A stretch of 64,000 nt of DNA. Source: Rhodospirillaceae bacterium. GTDB lineage: Bacteria > Pseudomonadota > Alphaproteobacteria > Kiloniellales > DSM-21159. The translations under genes and the position numbers were made by a program. Each line of letters starts with the position of its first letter. Position 1 is the first letter of the stretch. The DNA lies in NCBI GenBank assembly GCA_006969625.1, contig CP030885.1, forward strand, positions 1,869,430 to 1,933,429, in the 5' to 3' direction. Below, in pieces: positions 9,141 to 22,344 of this stretch. A model generated the notes under the pieces. The model had not been told where the DNA came from and did not search any database. It worked only from the letters and a program-made list of their open reading frames with translations.

Positions 9141-9914
9141 ATGCTGTTGGAGCGTCAGAACAGGATCCTGGAGATCGCCAAGCTCAGCGGCCGGGTGACC
9201 GTCGAGGGGCTGGCCGAGCAGTTCGAGGTGTCGGCCCAGACCATCCGCAAGGACCTCAACGATCTTTGCGAGCGCGGACTGCTCGAGCGCGTGCACGGCG
9301 GTGCGGTGATCGGCTCGCGGGTGGAAAACGTCGGCTACGAGGCCCGGCGTCTGATCGCCCGCGACGCCAAGCGGGCAATCGGCCGTGCAGCGGCGCAGCT
9401 AATCCCCAACGAGTCCTCGATCCTGATCAACATCGGGACCACCACCGAGGAGGTCGCCAAGGCCCTGCAGCATCACGTCGGGATCATGGCGATCACAAAT
9501 AATATAAATGTCGCCAATATCTTGCGCACACATTCTCAGAACGAGGTGATCATCGCCTCGGGCGTCGTCCGGCGCTCCGACGGCGGCATCGTCGGGGATG
9601 CGGCGGTCGAGTTCATCCGCCGCTTCAAGGTGGACTACGCCATCGTCGGCGTTTCCGCGATCGAGCCGAACGGCGATCTGATGGACTACGACTACCGCGA
9701 GGTCAGCGTTGCGCGCACCATCATGGACTGCGCGCGCAAGGTCATCCTGGTCGCCGATGCCACCAAGTGGGGGCGGGCGGCCCCGGTGCGCATCGCCGCC
9801 ATGGACTCGGTCGACGTCTTCGTCACCGACCGGCTACCGGACTCGGGAGTCCGCCGCATGCTGGTCGAGGCTGGCGTCGAGTTGGTCGAGGCGCTGCAGT
9901 CGTGCGCCGCTTAG
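9141..9914 (+). CDS. glpR: DeoR-family transcriptional repressor (glycerol-3-phosphate regulon type)
   Basis: Start set at MLLERQNRILEIAKLSGRVTVEGLAEQFEVSAQTIRKDLNDL (DeoR HTH); the track ORF begins 51 codons earlier. C-terminal sugar-phosphate-binding DeoR domain. Directly upstream of glpD. Confidence 0.8.
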   Translation: MLLERQNRILEIAKLSGRVTVEGLAEQFEVSAQTIRKDLNDLCERGLLERVHGGAVIGSRVENVGYEARRLIARDAKRAIGRAAAQLIPNESSILINIGTTTEEVAKALQHHVGIMAITNNINVANILRTHSQNEVIIASGVVRRSDGGIVGDAAVEFIRRFKVDYAIVGVSAIEPNGDLMDYDYREVSVARTIMDCARKVILVADATKWGRAAPVRIAAMDSVDVFVTDRLPDSGVRRMLVEAGVELVEALQSCAA

Positions 9915-10107
9915 ACCGGACCATTCCCCCGGCGGTTCCCGCAGCGACGCTGGTAAGCGAGTCAATCGCTTACCGCAGTTGCGAAAACCGCTCCGGAATC
10001 TTTCGGAATGAATTTCAAAAATCGGGTTTGTCTTTCGCTTTCCGAAACTTTAGTCTCCACACCGAAGGAAAAACGAAACTCGTTAGAACACGTACCGAGG
10101 GGTTCGC

Positions 10108-11682
10108 GTGCCGACTCGGCGCCAAGTTCGGCGGCGGCGCGCGCCATGGAGAGCCGCTTTGGACCGCTACGACATCGTCGTCATCGGGGGCGGGGTCAAC
10201 GGCTGCGGCATCGCGCGCGATGCCGTGGGCCGCGGCTACTCCGTGCTGGTGTGCGAGCAGAGCGATCTCGGGGGCGGCACTTCGGCGGCCTCGACCAAGC
10301 TGGTGCATGGCGGCCTGCGCTATCTGGAGCACTACGAGTTCCGTCTGGTGCGCGAGGCGCTGATCGAGCGCGAGGTCTTGCTGCGCGCCGCGCCTCATAT
10401 CATCTGGCCGCTGCGCTTCATCCTGCCGCATCACAAGGGCCTGCGTCCGGCCTGGCTGCTACGGCTCGGCCTGTTCCTCTACGATCACCTCGGCGGCCGC
10501 AAGCTGCTGCCACCGACGGCGGTGCGCGACCTGCGCCGGGAACCCGAGGGCGCGCCGCTCGACCCGCAGTACCGCAAAGGCTTCGAGTACTCCGACTGCT
10601 GGGTGGAAGATTCCCGGCTCGTGGTGCTGAACGCGATGGACGCGGCCGAGCGCGGCGCCGAAGTGCGGGTGCGCACCCGCTGCGCCGAGGCCAGGCGCGA
10701 AGGCGGCCACTGGCAGGTGGTCCTGGAGGATGCCGAGGGCAACCGCGAGACGGTGCACGCGGACGCACTGGTGAACGCCGCCGGACCCTGGGTCGATCAG
10801 GTGCTGAGCGGCAGCATGGGCAGCAACGCCCGCCGCAACGTCCGGCTGGTGCAAGGCAGCCACATCGTGGTGCGGCGCCTGTTCGACCACGACAAGGCCT
10901 ACATCTTCCAGAATGCGGACGGCCGCATCGTCTTCGCCATTCCCTACGAGCGCGACTTCACCCTGATCGGCACCACCGACCGCGACTGGCAGGGCGATCC
11001 GAAGGACGTTCGGATCAGCGAGGAGGAGATCGCCTACCTCTGCGAGGCGGTCGACGCCTACCTGGCGACGCCGGTGACCCCGGAGGACGTGGTCTGGACC
11101 TACTCTGGCGTGCGCCCGCTCTACGACGACGGCGCGTCCAAGGCGCAGGAGGCGACGCGCGACTACGTGCTGAAGCTGGAGCGCGGGCCGGACGGCAGCG
11201 GCGCACCGCTGCTCAACGTCTTCGGCGGCAAGATCACCACCTTCCGCAAGCTGGCCGAGGCGGCGATCGGGCGGCTGCAGGAGGCGCTGCCGGCCAAGGG
11301 CAGGCCCTGGACGGCCAAGGCCGCTCTGCCGGGGGGCGACTTCCCGGTTAGCGATTTCGAGAAGCTGGTCGGCGAGATCCTCGCAGACTACCCCTTCCTT
11401 GCACGCGAGACGGCGCGCCGCCTGGTGCGCGCCTATGGTACGCGTGCGCGCCGGCTGCTCGGCACGGCCCGCAGCGCCGAGGACCTCGGCCGCGTGTTCG
11501 GCGCCGACCTGACCGAGGCCGAGGTCGACTATCTGATGCAGGCCGAATGGGCGCGCGCCGCCGCGGACGTGGTCTGGCGGCGCAGCAAACTCGGCTTGCG
11601 CATGACGCAACAAGAAATCGCCGCCCTCGACGAATGGATGGCGGACCGTGCCCGCAAGCTGAAGCTGCAGGCCGCGGAATAA
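10108..11682 (+). CDS. glpD: FAD-dependent glycerol-3-phosphate dehydrogenase
   Basis: 524 aa with a GTG start. YDIVVIGGGVNGCGIARDAVGRGYSVLVCE is the FAD dinucleotide fold. GGKITTFRKLAE and the C-terminal GlpD-type alpha-helical domain are present. Confidence 0.9.
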   Translation: MPTRRQVRRRRAPWRAALDRYDIVVIGGGVNGCGIARDAVGRGYSVLVCEQSDLGGGTSAASTKLVHGGLRYLEHYEFRLVREALIEREVLLRAAPHIIWPLRFILPHHKGLRPAWLLRLGLFLYDHLGGRKLLPPTAVRDLRREPEGAPLDPQYRKGFEYSDCWVEDSRLVVLNAMDAAERGAEVRVRTRCAEARREGGHWQVVLEDAEGNRETVHADALVNAAGPWVDQVLSGSMGSNARRNVRLVQGSHIVVRRLFDHDKAYIFQNADGRIVFAIPYERDFTLIGTTDRDWQGDPKDVRISEEEIAYLCEAVDAYLATPVTPEDVVWTYSGVRPLYDDGASKAQEATRDYVLKLERGPDGSGAPLLNVFGGKITTFRKLAEAAIGRLQEALPAKGRPWTAKAALPGGDFPVSDFEKLVGEILADYPFLARETARRLVRAYGTRARRLLGTARSAEDLGRVFGADLTEAEVDYLMQAEWARAAADVVWRRSKLGLRMTQQEIAALDEWMADRARKLKLQAAE

Positions 11683-11706
11683 CGACGTTAGGGAGGTGCG
11701 GGGTCG

Positions 11707-12801
11707 ATGGCCCTGGAGTTGCTGGACGTCGGCAAGACGGTGCGCGACGAGGCGCACCTTGCCGGAATATCCCTGACCCTCGAGAAGGGCACGCTCAACG
11801 TGCTTCTGGGGCCGACGCTGTCGGGCAAGACCAGCCTGATGCGCGTGATGGCCGGCCTCGACGTGCCGACCAGCGGGCGCGTGCGCATGGGCGGACGCGA
11901 CGTCACCGGCGTGCCGGTGCGCAAGCGCAACGTCGCCATGGTCTACCAACAGTTCATCAATTATCCGACCCTGTCGGTCTACGAGAACATCGCCTCGCCG
12001 CTGAGGGTCGCCGACGTCGACCGCAAGGAGGTCGACCGGCAGGTGCGCGCGGCGGCCGAGTTGCTGCGCCTGACGCCGATGCTCGAGCGCACGCCGCTTG
12101 AGCTGTCCGGCGGACAGCAGCAACGCACCGCCCTGGCGCGCGCCCTGGTCAAGCGGGCCGAGTTGGTGCTGCTCGACGAGCCGCTGGCCAATCTCGACTA
12201 CAAGCTGCGCGAGGACCTGCGCAGCGAGCTGCCGCGCATCTTCAAGGAATCCGGCGCGGTTTTCGTCTATGCGACGACCGAGCCGAGCGAGGCCTTGCTG
12301 CTCGGCGGCAACACCGCGACGCTTCACCAGGGCCGGGTAACCCAGTTCGGACCGACCCCGGATGTGTACCGCCGGCCGCGGGACCTGATCACGGCGACCA
12401 CCTTTTCCGACCCGCCGATGAACACCGTGGCGGTCGCCAAGCGCGACGGGCGCCTGCGCTCGGCCGACAGCGCGCTCGATCTTCCGGTGCCGCGCGGTAC
12501 CGAGCTGGCCGACGGCGACTACACGCTCGGCTTCCGCCCGCACAATGTCTACGTCGACCGGCCGCACGCCGGCGCGGTCTCGGTGACGGCCACCGTGGCG
12601 GTCACCGAGATCACCGGATCGGAGAGCTTCGTGCACGTCGACTTCGGCGCCGAACGCTGGGTGGCCATCTGGCACGGCGTGCATACCCTGCAGGTCGACA
12701 GCCGGATCGAGGTCTGGCTCGACCCGGCCCAAGTCTACCTGTTCGACCGCGACCAGCGGCTGGTGATGGCGCCGTCGCGCGCCGCTGCGGCGGCGGCCTG
12801 A
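11707..12801 (+). CDS. ABC transporter ATP-binding protein (first of two; GlpS-like, glycerol-type importer)
   Basis: 364 aa. Walker A GPTLSGKTS, LSGGQQQR, LLDEP, and a MalK-like C-terminal regulatory domain. Gene order matches the rhizobial glpD-STPQUV glycerol uptake cluster. Confidence 0.85.
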   Translation: MALELLDVGKTVRDEAHLAGISLTLEKGTLNVLLGPTLSGKTSLMRVMAGLDVPTSGRVRMGGRDVTGVPVRKRNVAMVYQQFINYPTLSVYENIASPLRVADVDRKEVDRQVRAAAELLRLTPMLERTPLELSGGQQQRTALARALVKRAELVLLDEPLANLDYKLREDLRSELPRIFKESGAVFVYATTEPSEALLLGGNTATLHQGRVTQFGPTPDVYRRPRDLITATTFSDPPMNTVAVAKRDGRLRSADSALDLPVPRGTELADGDYTLGFRPHNVYVDRPHAGAVSVTATVAVTEITGSESFVHVDFGAERWVAIWHGVHTLQVDSRIEVWLDPAQVYLFDRDQRLVMAPSRAAAAAA

Positions 12802-12817
12802 GGCGGGAGCGCGGACG

Positions 12818-13906
<1,089 letters not shown>

Positions 13907-13913
13907 GCCGGCC

Positions 13914-14780
13914 ATGGACAAGCCGATCAACAACAAGGCCTGGCTGTTCGTCCTGCCGGTGCTGGTGCTGGTCGCCTTCTCGGCGGTCATCCCGCTGATG
14001 ACGGTGGTCAACTATTCCTTCCAGGACACCTTCGGCAACAACCAGTTCTTCTGGGCCGGGCTGGAATGGTACCGCGAAGTGCTGTCGTCCGAACGCTTCC
14101 ACAACGCCCTGTGGCGGCAGTTCCTCTTTACCGGCATCATCCTGGCGATCCAGATCCCCTTGGGGGTCGCCGTGGCGCTCGCCATGCCGCGCAAGGGCTG
14201 GGGCGTGCCGGTCTGCCTGGTGCTGATGGCGTTGCCGCTGCTGATCCCCTGGAACGTCGTCGGCACGATCTGGCAGATCTTCGGGCGCGTCGACATCGGC
14301 CTGCTCGGCTACACGCTGTTCAACCTCGGCATCGACTACAACTACACCCAGGATCCGCTGGACGCCTGGATCACGGTGGTGGTGATGGACGTCTGGCACT
14401 GGACCAGCCTGGTCGTGCTGCTGTGCTACGCGGGCCTGGTCTCGATCCCCGACGCCTATTACCAGGCGGCCAAGATCGACGGCGCCTCGCGCTGGGCGGT
14501 GTTCCGCTACATCCAGCTCCCGAAGATGCACCGCGTGCTGCTGATCGCGATTCTGCTGCGCTTTATGGACAGCTTCATGATCTATACCGAGCCCTTCGTG
14601 GTGACCGGCGGCGGGCCGGGCAGCGCCACCAGCTTCCTGTCGATCGACCTGGTGAAGATGGCGATCGGCCAGTTCGACGTGGGTCCGGCGGCCGCCATGT
14701 CGATCATCTACTTCCTGATCATCCTGGCGCTGTCCTACGTGTTCTACACCGTCATGACCAACGCCGGTCGGGAGCGCTGA
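13914..14780 (+). CDS. ABC transporter permease (carbohydrate type, GlpP-like)
   Basis: 288 aa, multi-TM. Contains the EAA-like loop AAKIDGASRWAVFRYIQLP. Confidence 0.85.
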   Translation: MDKPINNKAWLFVLPVLVLVAFSAVIPLMTVVNYSFQDTFGNNQFFWAGLEWYREVLSSERFHNALWRQFLFTGIILAIQIPLGVAVALAMPRKGWGVPVCLVLMALPLLIPWNVVGTIWQIFGRVDIGLLGYTLFNLGIDYNYTQDPLDAWITVVVMDVWHWTSLVVLLCYAGLVSIPDAYYQAAKIDGASRWAVFRYIQLPKMHRVLLIAILLRFMDSFMIYTEPFVVTGGGPGSATSFLSIDLVKMAIGQFDVGPAAAMSIIYFLIILALSYVFYTVMTNAGRER

Positions 14781-14784
14781 GCCG

Positions 14785-15675
<891 letters not shown>

Positions 15676-15693
15676 GCAGCAGGGAGCTTCGTC

Positions 15694-15975
15694 ATGGACC
15701 TCTCATGGATGGCCTGGACCTGGCCGACAGCGATCTTCTTCGTCGTCATCGCACTGCTGCTGTTCGGCATGGGGCTCTGGGAGTTCGCCCGCCCCGGCGG
15801 CGCGCCGCGCGTCGGCATCCTGCGCTTCGAGACGACGCGCGGAGACCGGCTGTTCATCTCGCTGCTGGGCAGCGCCTTCATCAATCTCGCCTGGTTGGGG
15901 CTGATCGGCCCGAACCTCTGGTGGGCGTTGGCCCTCTGCCTCGTCTACGCGGTTCTGGTGTTCCGCTACGTGTGA
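15694..15975 (+). CDS. small membrane protein, DUF2160-like (accessory protein of the glycerol-type ABC cluster)
   Basis: 93 aa with two or three hydrophobic helices. Lies between the permeases and the SBP, where the small conserved gene sits in rhizobial glp clusters. Confidence 0.65.
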   Translation: MDLSWMAWTWPTAIFFVVIALLLFGMGLWEFARPGGAPRVGILRFETTRGDRLFISLLGSAFINLAWLGLIGPNLWWALALCLVYAVLVFRYV

Positions 15976-16060
15976 GCAGGGGCAAGGTCGGCGGGCCGCC
16001 CGGTCCGCCGTTGTCAGGGACCGATTGCAACGGTCGAACTAGGGAGGAAGCGTAGGAGAC

Positions 16061-17785
16061 ATGAGACGGAATCTGCTGGGCGCCGCTGCGGCGGCCGCCC
16101 TCATGGCGACGGCCACGCCCGGCCACGCCGACATGGAGGCGGCGCGTGCCTTCCTCGATGCCGAGATCGGCGACCTCTCCACGCTCACGCGGGAGGAGCA
16201 GGAGGCCGAGATGCAGTGGTTCATCGACGCCGCTGCCCCGTTCCAGGGCATGGAGATCAGCGTCGTCTCGGAGACCATCACGACCCACGTCTACGAGGCC
16301 GAGGTTCTGGCACCGGCCTTCAGCGCCATCACCGGCATTCAGGTCACCCACGACCTGATCGGCGAGGGCGACGTGATCGAACGGCTGCAGACCCAGATGC
16401 AGACCGGCGAGAACATCTACGACATGTACGTCAACGACTCCGACCTGATCGGAACGCACTGGCGCTACCAGCAGGTCCGGAACCTGACCGACTGGATGGC
16501 CGGCGAGGGGGCCGACGTCACCAACCCCAACCTGGACATCGAGGACTTCGTCGGGATCAGCTTCACCACGGCGCCCGACGGCAAGATCTATCAGTTGCCG
16601 ATCCAGCAGTTCGCGAACCTCTACTGGTTCCGTTACGACTGGTTCACGGACCCGCAGATCATGGCCGACTTCCGCGAGCAGTACGGCTACGAACTGGGTG
16701 TACCGGTCAACTGGTCGGCCTATGAGGACATCGCCGAGTTCTTCACCGGCTACGAGATCGACGGCGAAGCGGTCTATGGCCACATGGACTACGGCCGGCG
16801 CGACCCCTCGCTCGGCTGGCGCTTCACCGACGCCTGGCTGTCGATGGCCGGGGCCGGCGACACGGGCATCCCCAACGGCGTGCCGGTCGACGAATGGGGC
16901 ATCCGCGTCGACGAGCAGTCGCGCCCGGTGGGCTCGTGCGTCGAGCGCGGCGGTGCCACCAACGGTCCGGCCGCGGTCTATTCGGTGCAGAAGTACGTCG
17001 ACTGGCTGCGCAACTTCGCGCCGCCGGAAGCCGCAGGCATGACCTTCTCGGAAGCCGGCCCGGTGCCGGCGCAGGGCGAAATCGCCCAGCAGATCTTCTG
17101 GTACACCGCCTTTACCGCGGACATGGTGACGGAGGGTCTGCCGGTGGTGAACGAGGATGGTACGCCGAAGTGGCGCATGGCGCCCTCGCCGCGCGGCGCC
17201 TACTGGGAGGACGGCATGAAGCTGGGCTACCAGGACGCCGGCTCCATCACGCTGATGCAGTCGACGCCGACCGACCGTGCGAAGGCGGCCTGGCTCTACG
17301 GCCAGTTCATCGCCTCGAAGACGGTCGACGTGAAGAAGTCGCACGTCGGCCTGACCTTCGTGCGCGAGTCGACCATCCGGCACGACAGCTTCACCGAGCG
17401 CGCCCCGCTGCTGGGCGGCCTGATCGAGTTCTACCGTTCGCCGGCGCGCGTGCAGTGGACCCCGACGGGCACCAACGTGCCCGACTATCCGCGTCTGGCA
17501 CAGCTCTGGTGGCAGTCGATCGGCAACGCTTCGGCCGGCGAGGCCACGGCGCAGGAAGCGATGGACAGTCTTTGTGCCGAGCAGGAGCGCGTCCTCGAAC
17601 GCCTCGAGCGCTCCGGCGTGCTGGGCGACCTGGGGCCGAGGATGAACGAGCCCCGGGACGCGGCGGAGTGGCTTTCGGAACCAGGCGCTCCGAAGGCGCG
17701 GCTCGACAACGAGGATCCCGAGCCGATCACCGTCAACTACGACGAGCTGGTGAAGTCCTGGCGCGACGCCAACGCCCAGAACTGA
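16061..17785 (+). CDS. extracellular solute-binding protein (large family-1 SBP, GlpV-like)
   Basis: 574 aa with a signal peptide (MRRNLLGAAAAAALMATATPGHA). Last gene of the glp transporter cluster. Confidence 0.8.
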   Translation: MRRNLLGAAAAAALMATATPGHADMEAARAFLDAEIGDLSTLTREEQEAEMQWFIDAAAPFQGMEISVVSETITTHVYEAEVLAPAFSAITGIQVTHDLIGEGDVIERLQTQMQTGENIYDMYVNDSDLIGTHWRYQQVRNLTDWMAGEGADVTNPNLDIEDFVGISFTTAPDGKIYQLPIQQFANLYWFRYDWFTDPQIMADFREQYGYELGVPVNWSAYEDIAEFFTGYEIDGEAVYGHMDYGRRDPSLGWRFTDAWLSMAGAGDTGIPNGVPVDEWGIRVDEQSRPVGSCVERGGATNGPAAVYSVQKYVDWLRNFAPPEAAGMTFSEAGPVPAQGEIAQQIFWYTAFTADMVTEGLPVVNEDGTPKWRMAPSPRGAYWEDGMKLGYQDAGSITLMQSTPTDRAKAAWLYGQFIASKTVDVKKSHVGLTFVRESTIRHDSFTERAPLLGGLIEFYRSPARVQWTPTGTNVPDYPRLAQLWWQSIGNASAGEATAQEAMDSLCAEQERVLERLERSGVLGDLGPRMNEPRDAAEWLSEPGAPKARLDNEDPEPITVNYDELVKSWRDANAQN

Positions 17786-17821
17786 GCCGGACCAGCCCGC
17801 TCGGCTGAAGCGGAACGGCGA

Positions 17822-17860
17822 AGGGGCCGGCCCCCATGCGGGGTCGGCCCCTTTTCCTTT
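17822..17860 (+). terminator. rho-independent terminator of the glp operon
   Basis: GGGGCCGGCCCC-ATGC-GGGGTCGGCCCC followed by TTTTCCTTT, about 35 nt after the SBP stop. Confidence 0.8.
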
Positions 17861-17897
17861 CGTGTGATCCGTTGCGCCGCTCGCGACGACGGCGACC

Positions 17898-18290
17898 TCA
17901 GCCCTGCTGCGGCTGCGCCTCTTCGGGCGCCGGGCCGCGATTGCGCCGCTCGGCCATGAACTGGTCGAACTCCGCCTTGTCGCGGGCGCGGCGCAGGCGC
18001 TCCAGGAAGTCGTGGAACTCCTGCTGCTCCTCCTCGAGCCGGCGCAGCGTCTCTTCCTTGTACTCGTCGAAGGCTGAGTTGCCGCTGCTGTTGCGCTCGA
18101 CACCGTACCAGCGGCCCCGCGCCTTGCCGAATTCGCCGAACTGCTTCTTGTTCCAGCACCCCATGCGACCGCTCCAGATCATGTATCCCAGGATGGCCAG
18201 TCCGACCGGCCAGAAGATGATGAAGCCCAGGACCATCACGGCGATCCAGGCGGGCTTCCCGTAGCCATCGAGCTTGGCTGCGATGTCCAT
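17898..18290 (-). CDS. DUF2852-like membrane protein
   Basis: Start favoured at MDIAAKLDGYGKPAWIAVMVLGFIIFWPVGLAILGYMIW (one or two TM helices). The C-terminus is a charged helical region (EEQQEFHDFLERLRRARDKAEFDQF) typical of this family. Confidence 0.6.
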   Translation of the reverse strand: MDIAAKLDGYGKPAWIAVMVLGFIIFWPVGLAILGYMIWSGRMGCWNKKQFGEFGKARGRWYGVERNSSGNSAFDEYKEETLRRLEEEQQEFHDFLERLRRARDKAEFDQFMAERRNRGPAPEEAQPQQG

Positions 18291-18425
18291 GCCGCACGCT
18301 CCACGCGCTGTTGAGTCGAATGTTAATGTTATTGACATTCACATAGGTGGGCAAGCCCGGATCGGGTTCAAGAGCGGACCAGACGAATTTTTTGCGCCCG
18401 CGGGACCGTCGTCGGTGGGCTTTCG

Positions 18426-19043
18426 TCAGCGGGGGTCGTCCAGGCCCAGGCCCTGCAGATAGATCAGCATCGCCGCCTCCAAGAGGTCCTCCGGGCTCAT
18501 CGGCAGGGACCTCCGGCTGGCGTCGCCGCGGGCGAACAGCGAGGCGATGCCGTGCGAGATCGCCCAGACGTGCAGCGCCATCATCAGGGCGGGCGGCCGG
18601 CGGTCCTTCGGCAGGCTGGCGCACAGGGCCTCGGAGGCGGTGCGCACGATGGCAAAGGCGCGATCGCCGGCTTGGCGCAGTTCCGGGTGATCGTCGAGCG
18701 GGATGCCGGCCTCGAACATGGCCGAGTAGTAGGCCGGCTCGCTGCGGGCGAAGGCGAGGTAGGCGCGTCCCATGTGGCCGAAGGCCATGCGCACGTCGGG
18801 GCGGCCGTCGTTCCAGGCCGTCCGCAGGAAGGCTTCGAAGCGCTCGAAGCCCTGGCGCGCGACGTCGGCCAACAGCGCGTCGCGATCGCGGAAATGTCGG
18901 TAGGGCGCCGCCGGGCTGACGCCGGCCGAACGCGCGGCCTCGGCGAAGGTGAAGCCGGCCGGGCCTTTGGAGGCGATCAGATCGAGCGCGGCCTGGACCA
19001 GCGCCTCGCGCAGATTGCCGTGATGATAGCCGCGTCGGGCCAT
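18426..19043 (-). CDS. TetR/AcrR family transcriptional regulator
   Basis: Start at MARRGYHHGNLREALVQAALDLIASKGPAGFTFAEAARSAGVSPAAPYRHFRDRDALL (TetR HTH). The track ORF is 46 codons longer. Confidence 0.85.
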   Translation of the reverse strand: MARRGYHHGNLREALVQAALDLIASKGPAGFTFAEAARSAGVSPAAPYRHFRDRDALLADVARQGFERFEAFLRTAWNDGRPDVRMAFGHMGRAYLAFARSEPAYYSAMFEAGIPLDDHPELRQAGDRAFAIVRTASEALCASLPKDRRPPALMMALHVWAISHGIASLFARGDASRRSLPMSPEDLLEAAMLIYLQGLGLDDPR

Positions 19044-19144
19044 GTGCCCTCGCTCTTTGCCCCGATACGGCTTCTTGATGTAAAGCCGATTCACATTTCT
19101 GGCAACGCGCGCCTGGCAACGCACGCCCGTCGGCGCGGGGCGGC

Positions 19145-20815
19145 TCAGCGCTGCGCCGTTTCCCACTGCGGGTGGATCCATACCGCCGCATCGGAGGCGG
19201 GCAGAGGTGGCCGGCAGCGGATCGCGTCGGCCAGCTTTTCGGCCAGCATGATCGTCGGCGCGTTCAGGTTGCCGCTGACGATATCTGGCATGATCGAGGC
19301 ATCGGCGACGCGCAGGCCCTCCAGTCCATAGACCCGGCCGGCGCCGTTGACCACCGCCATGGGGTCGCTGTCGGGCCCCATCTTGCAGGTGCAGGCGGGG
19401 TGGTAGGCGCTCTCCGTCCTGGCGCGCACGAAGGCGTCGATCTCGGCGTCGCTGCGCACCTCCGGGCCGGGGGCCAGCTCGCGCTCGCGCAGGGGCTCGA
19501 AGGCCGGTTGCGCGAAGATCTCGCGCGTCAGCCGCACCGCCTCGCGCATCTCCTGCCGGTCGCTCTCGGTCTGCATGTAGTTGAAGACGAAGGCCGGGGG
19601 CTGGCGCGGATCGGCCGAGCGCAGCCAGAGCCGGCCGCGGCTGGTCGGTCGCATGGGGCCGACGTGCGCCTGGAAGCCGTGGCCGCCGGCCGGGCTGGAG
19701 CCGTCGTAGTTAATCGCCAGCGGCAGGAAGTGGTACTGCAGGTCGGGATGCTCGATGCCTGCGCGGCTGCGGATGAAGCCGCCGACCTCGAACTTGTTGC
19801 TGGCGCCGTGGCCGCCGCGGAACAGGATCCACTGCAGCCCGATCGCCAGCTTGTTCCAAGGCTTGAGCGCGGGGTAGAGGCTCACCGGCCGGCGGGCGGC
19901 ATACTGGACGTAGATCTCCGGGTGGTCCTGCAGGTTCTCGCCCACGCCGGGCAAGTCGGCGACGACGCGAATGCCGAGCCCCCGCAGCGCATCGGCCGGG
20001 CCGATGCCGGACAGCATCAGGATCTGCGGCGAGCCGAAGGCGCCGCTCGCCAGGATCACTTCGCGCACGGCCCGCACCTGCCGCGGCCGGCCGCGCCGCG
20101 CGAAGCGGACCCCTGTCGTCCGTCCCGCTTCGACCTCGAGGCGCGTCACCAGCGCCCGGTCGATCACCGTCAGGTTCGGCCGCGCCATTGCAGGACGCAG
20201 GTAGGCCTTGGCGGCGCTCCAGCGCTCGCCCTGCCAAGCGGTCCGGTCCATCGGCCCCAGGCCTTCCTGCCGGTAGCCGTTCATGTCTTCGGTGACCGCA
20301 TAGCCGGCCTGCCGCCCGGCGGCGATCCAGGCCGCCTCCAGGGCGCCGACCTCGCGTCCCGCGGTCACCTTCAGCGGCCCGTCGCCGCCACGGTAGTCGT
20401 CGGCGCCGTGCTCGTGGCTCTGCGCCTTGCGGAAGTAGGGCAGGCAGTCGGCGTAGGTCCAGCCGCGCAGACCGTACTGGCCCCAGCGGTCGTAGTCGCG
20501 CGCGTGCCCGCGCACATAGGCCATGCCGTTGATGGAGCTGGACCCGCCGAGCACCTTGCCGCGCGGATGGTAGATGCGCCGGCCGTCCATGTAGGGCTCG
20601 GGCTCCGAGTGGAAGGCCCAGTTGTAGCGCGTGCCCTTCAGCGGCTCGGCGAAGGCCAGCGGCATGTGTACCTGCCAGGACATCGGCCCGCGGTCGGGTC
20701 CGCCGGCCTCGAGCAGCAGCACCGAAACCTCGGGGTCTTCGCTCAGGCGATTGGCGAGTACGCAGCCGGCCGAGCCGGCGCCGACGATGACGTAGTCGTA
20801 GGCCTTGACGGACAT
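19145..20815 (-). CDS. betA: choline dehydrogenase (GMC oxidoreductase)
   Basis: 556 aa. YDYVIVGAGSAGCVLANRLSED FAD motif, GMC signatures (GGSSSINGMAYVRG), and a C-terminal HPACTCKMG active-site region. Located in a bet operon. Confidence 0.9.
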   Translation of the reverse strand: MSVKAYDYVIVGAGSAGCVLANRLSEDPEVSVLLLEAGGPDRGPMSWQVHMPLAFAEPLKGTRYNWAFHSEPEPYMDGRRIYHPRGKVLGGSSSINGMAYVRGHARDYDRWGQYGLRGWTYADCLPYFRKAQSHEHGADDYRGGDGPLKVTAGREVGALEAAWIAAGRQAGYAVTEDMNGYRQEGLGPMDRTAWQGERWSAAKAYLRPAMARPNLTVIDRALVTRLEVEAGRTTGVRFARRGRPRQVRAVREVILASGAFGSPQILMLSGIGPADALRGLGIRVVADLPGVGENLQDHPEIYVQYAARRPVSLYPALKPWNKLAIGLQWILFRGGHGASNKFEVGGFIRSRAGIEHPDLQYHFLPLAINYDGSSPAGGHGFQAHVGPMRPTSRGRLWLRSADPRQPPAFVFNYMQTESDRQEMREAVRLTREIFAQPAFEPLRERELAPGPEVRSDAEIDAFVRARTESAYHPACTCKMGPDSDPMAVVNGAGRVYGLEGLRVADASIMPDIVSGNLNAPTIMLAEKLADAIRCRPPLPASDAAVWIHPQWETAQR

Positions 20816-20850
20816 GGTCGCTTCGCTCGAACGTTTTCGAGAGGGGGATC

Positions 20851-22336
<1,486 letters not shown>

Positions 22337-22344
<8 letters not shown>

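Noticed and set aside
9480-9545. AT-rich patch (ACAAATAATATAAATGTCGCCAATATCTTGC) inside glpR that looked like an inserted promoter or IS end.
   Set aside because: It is in frame and encodes ITNNINVANILRTH, a conserved-looking part of the DeoR C-terminal domain. There are no repeats or frame disruption.
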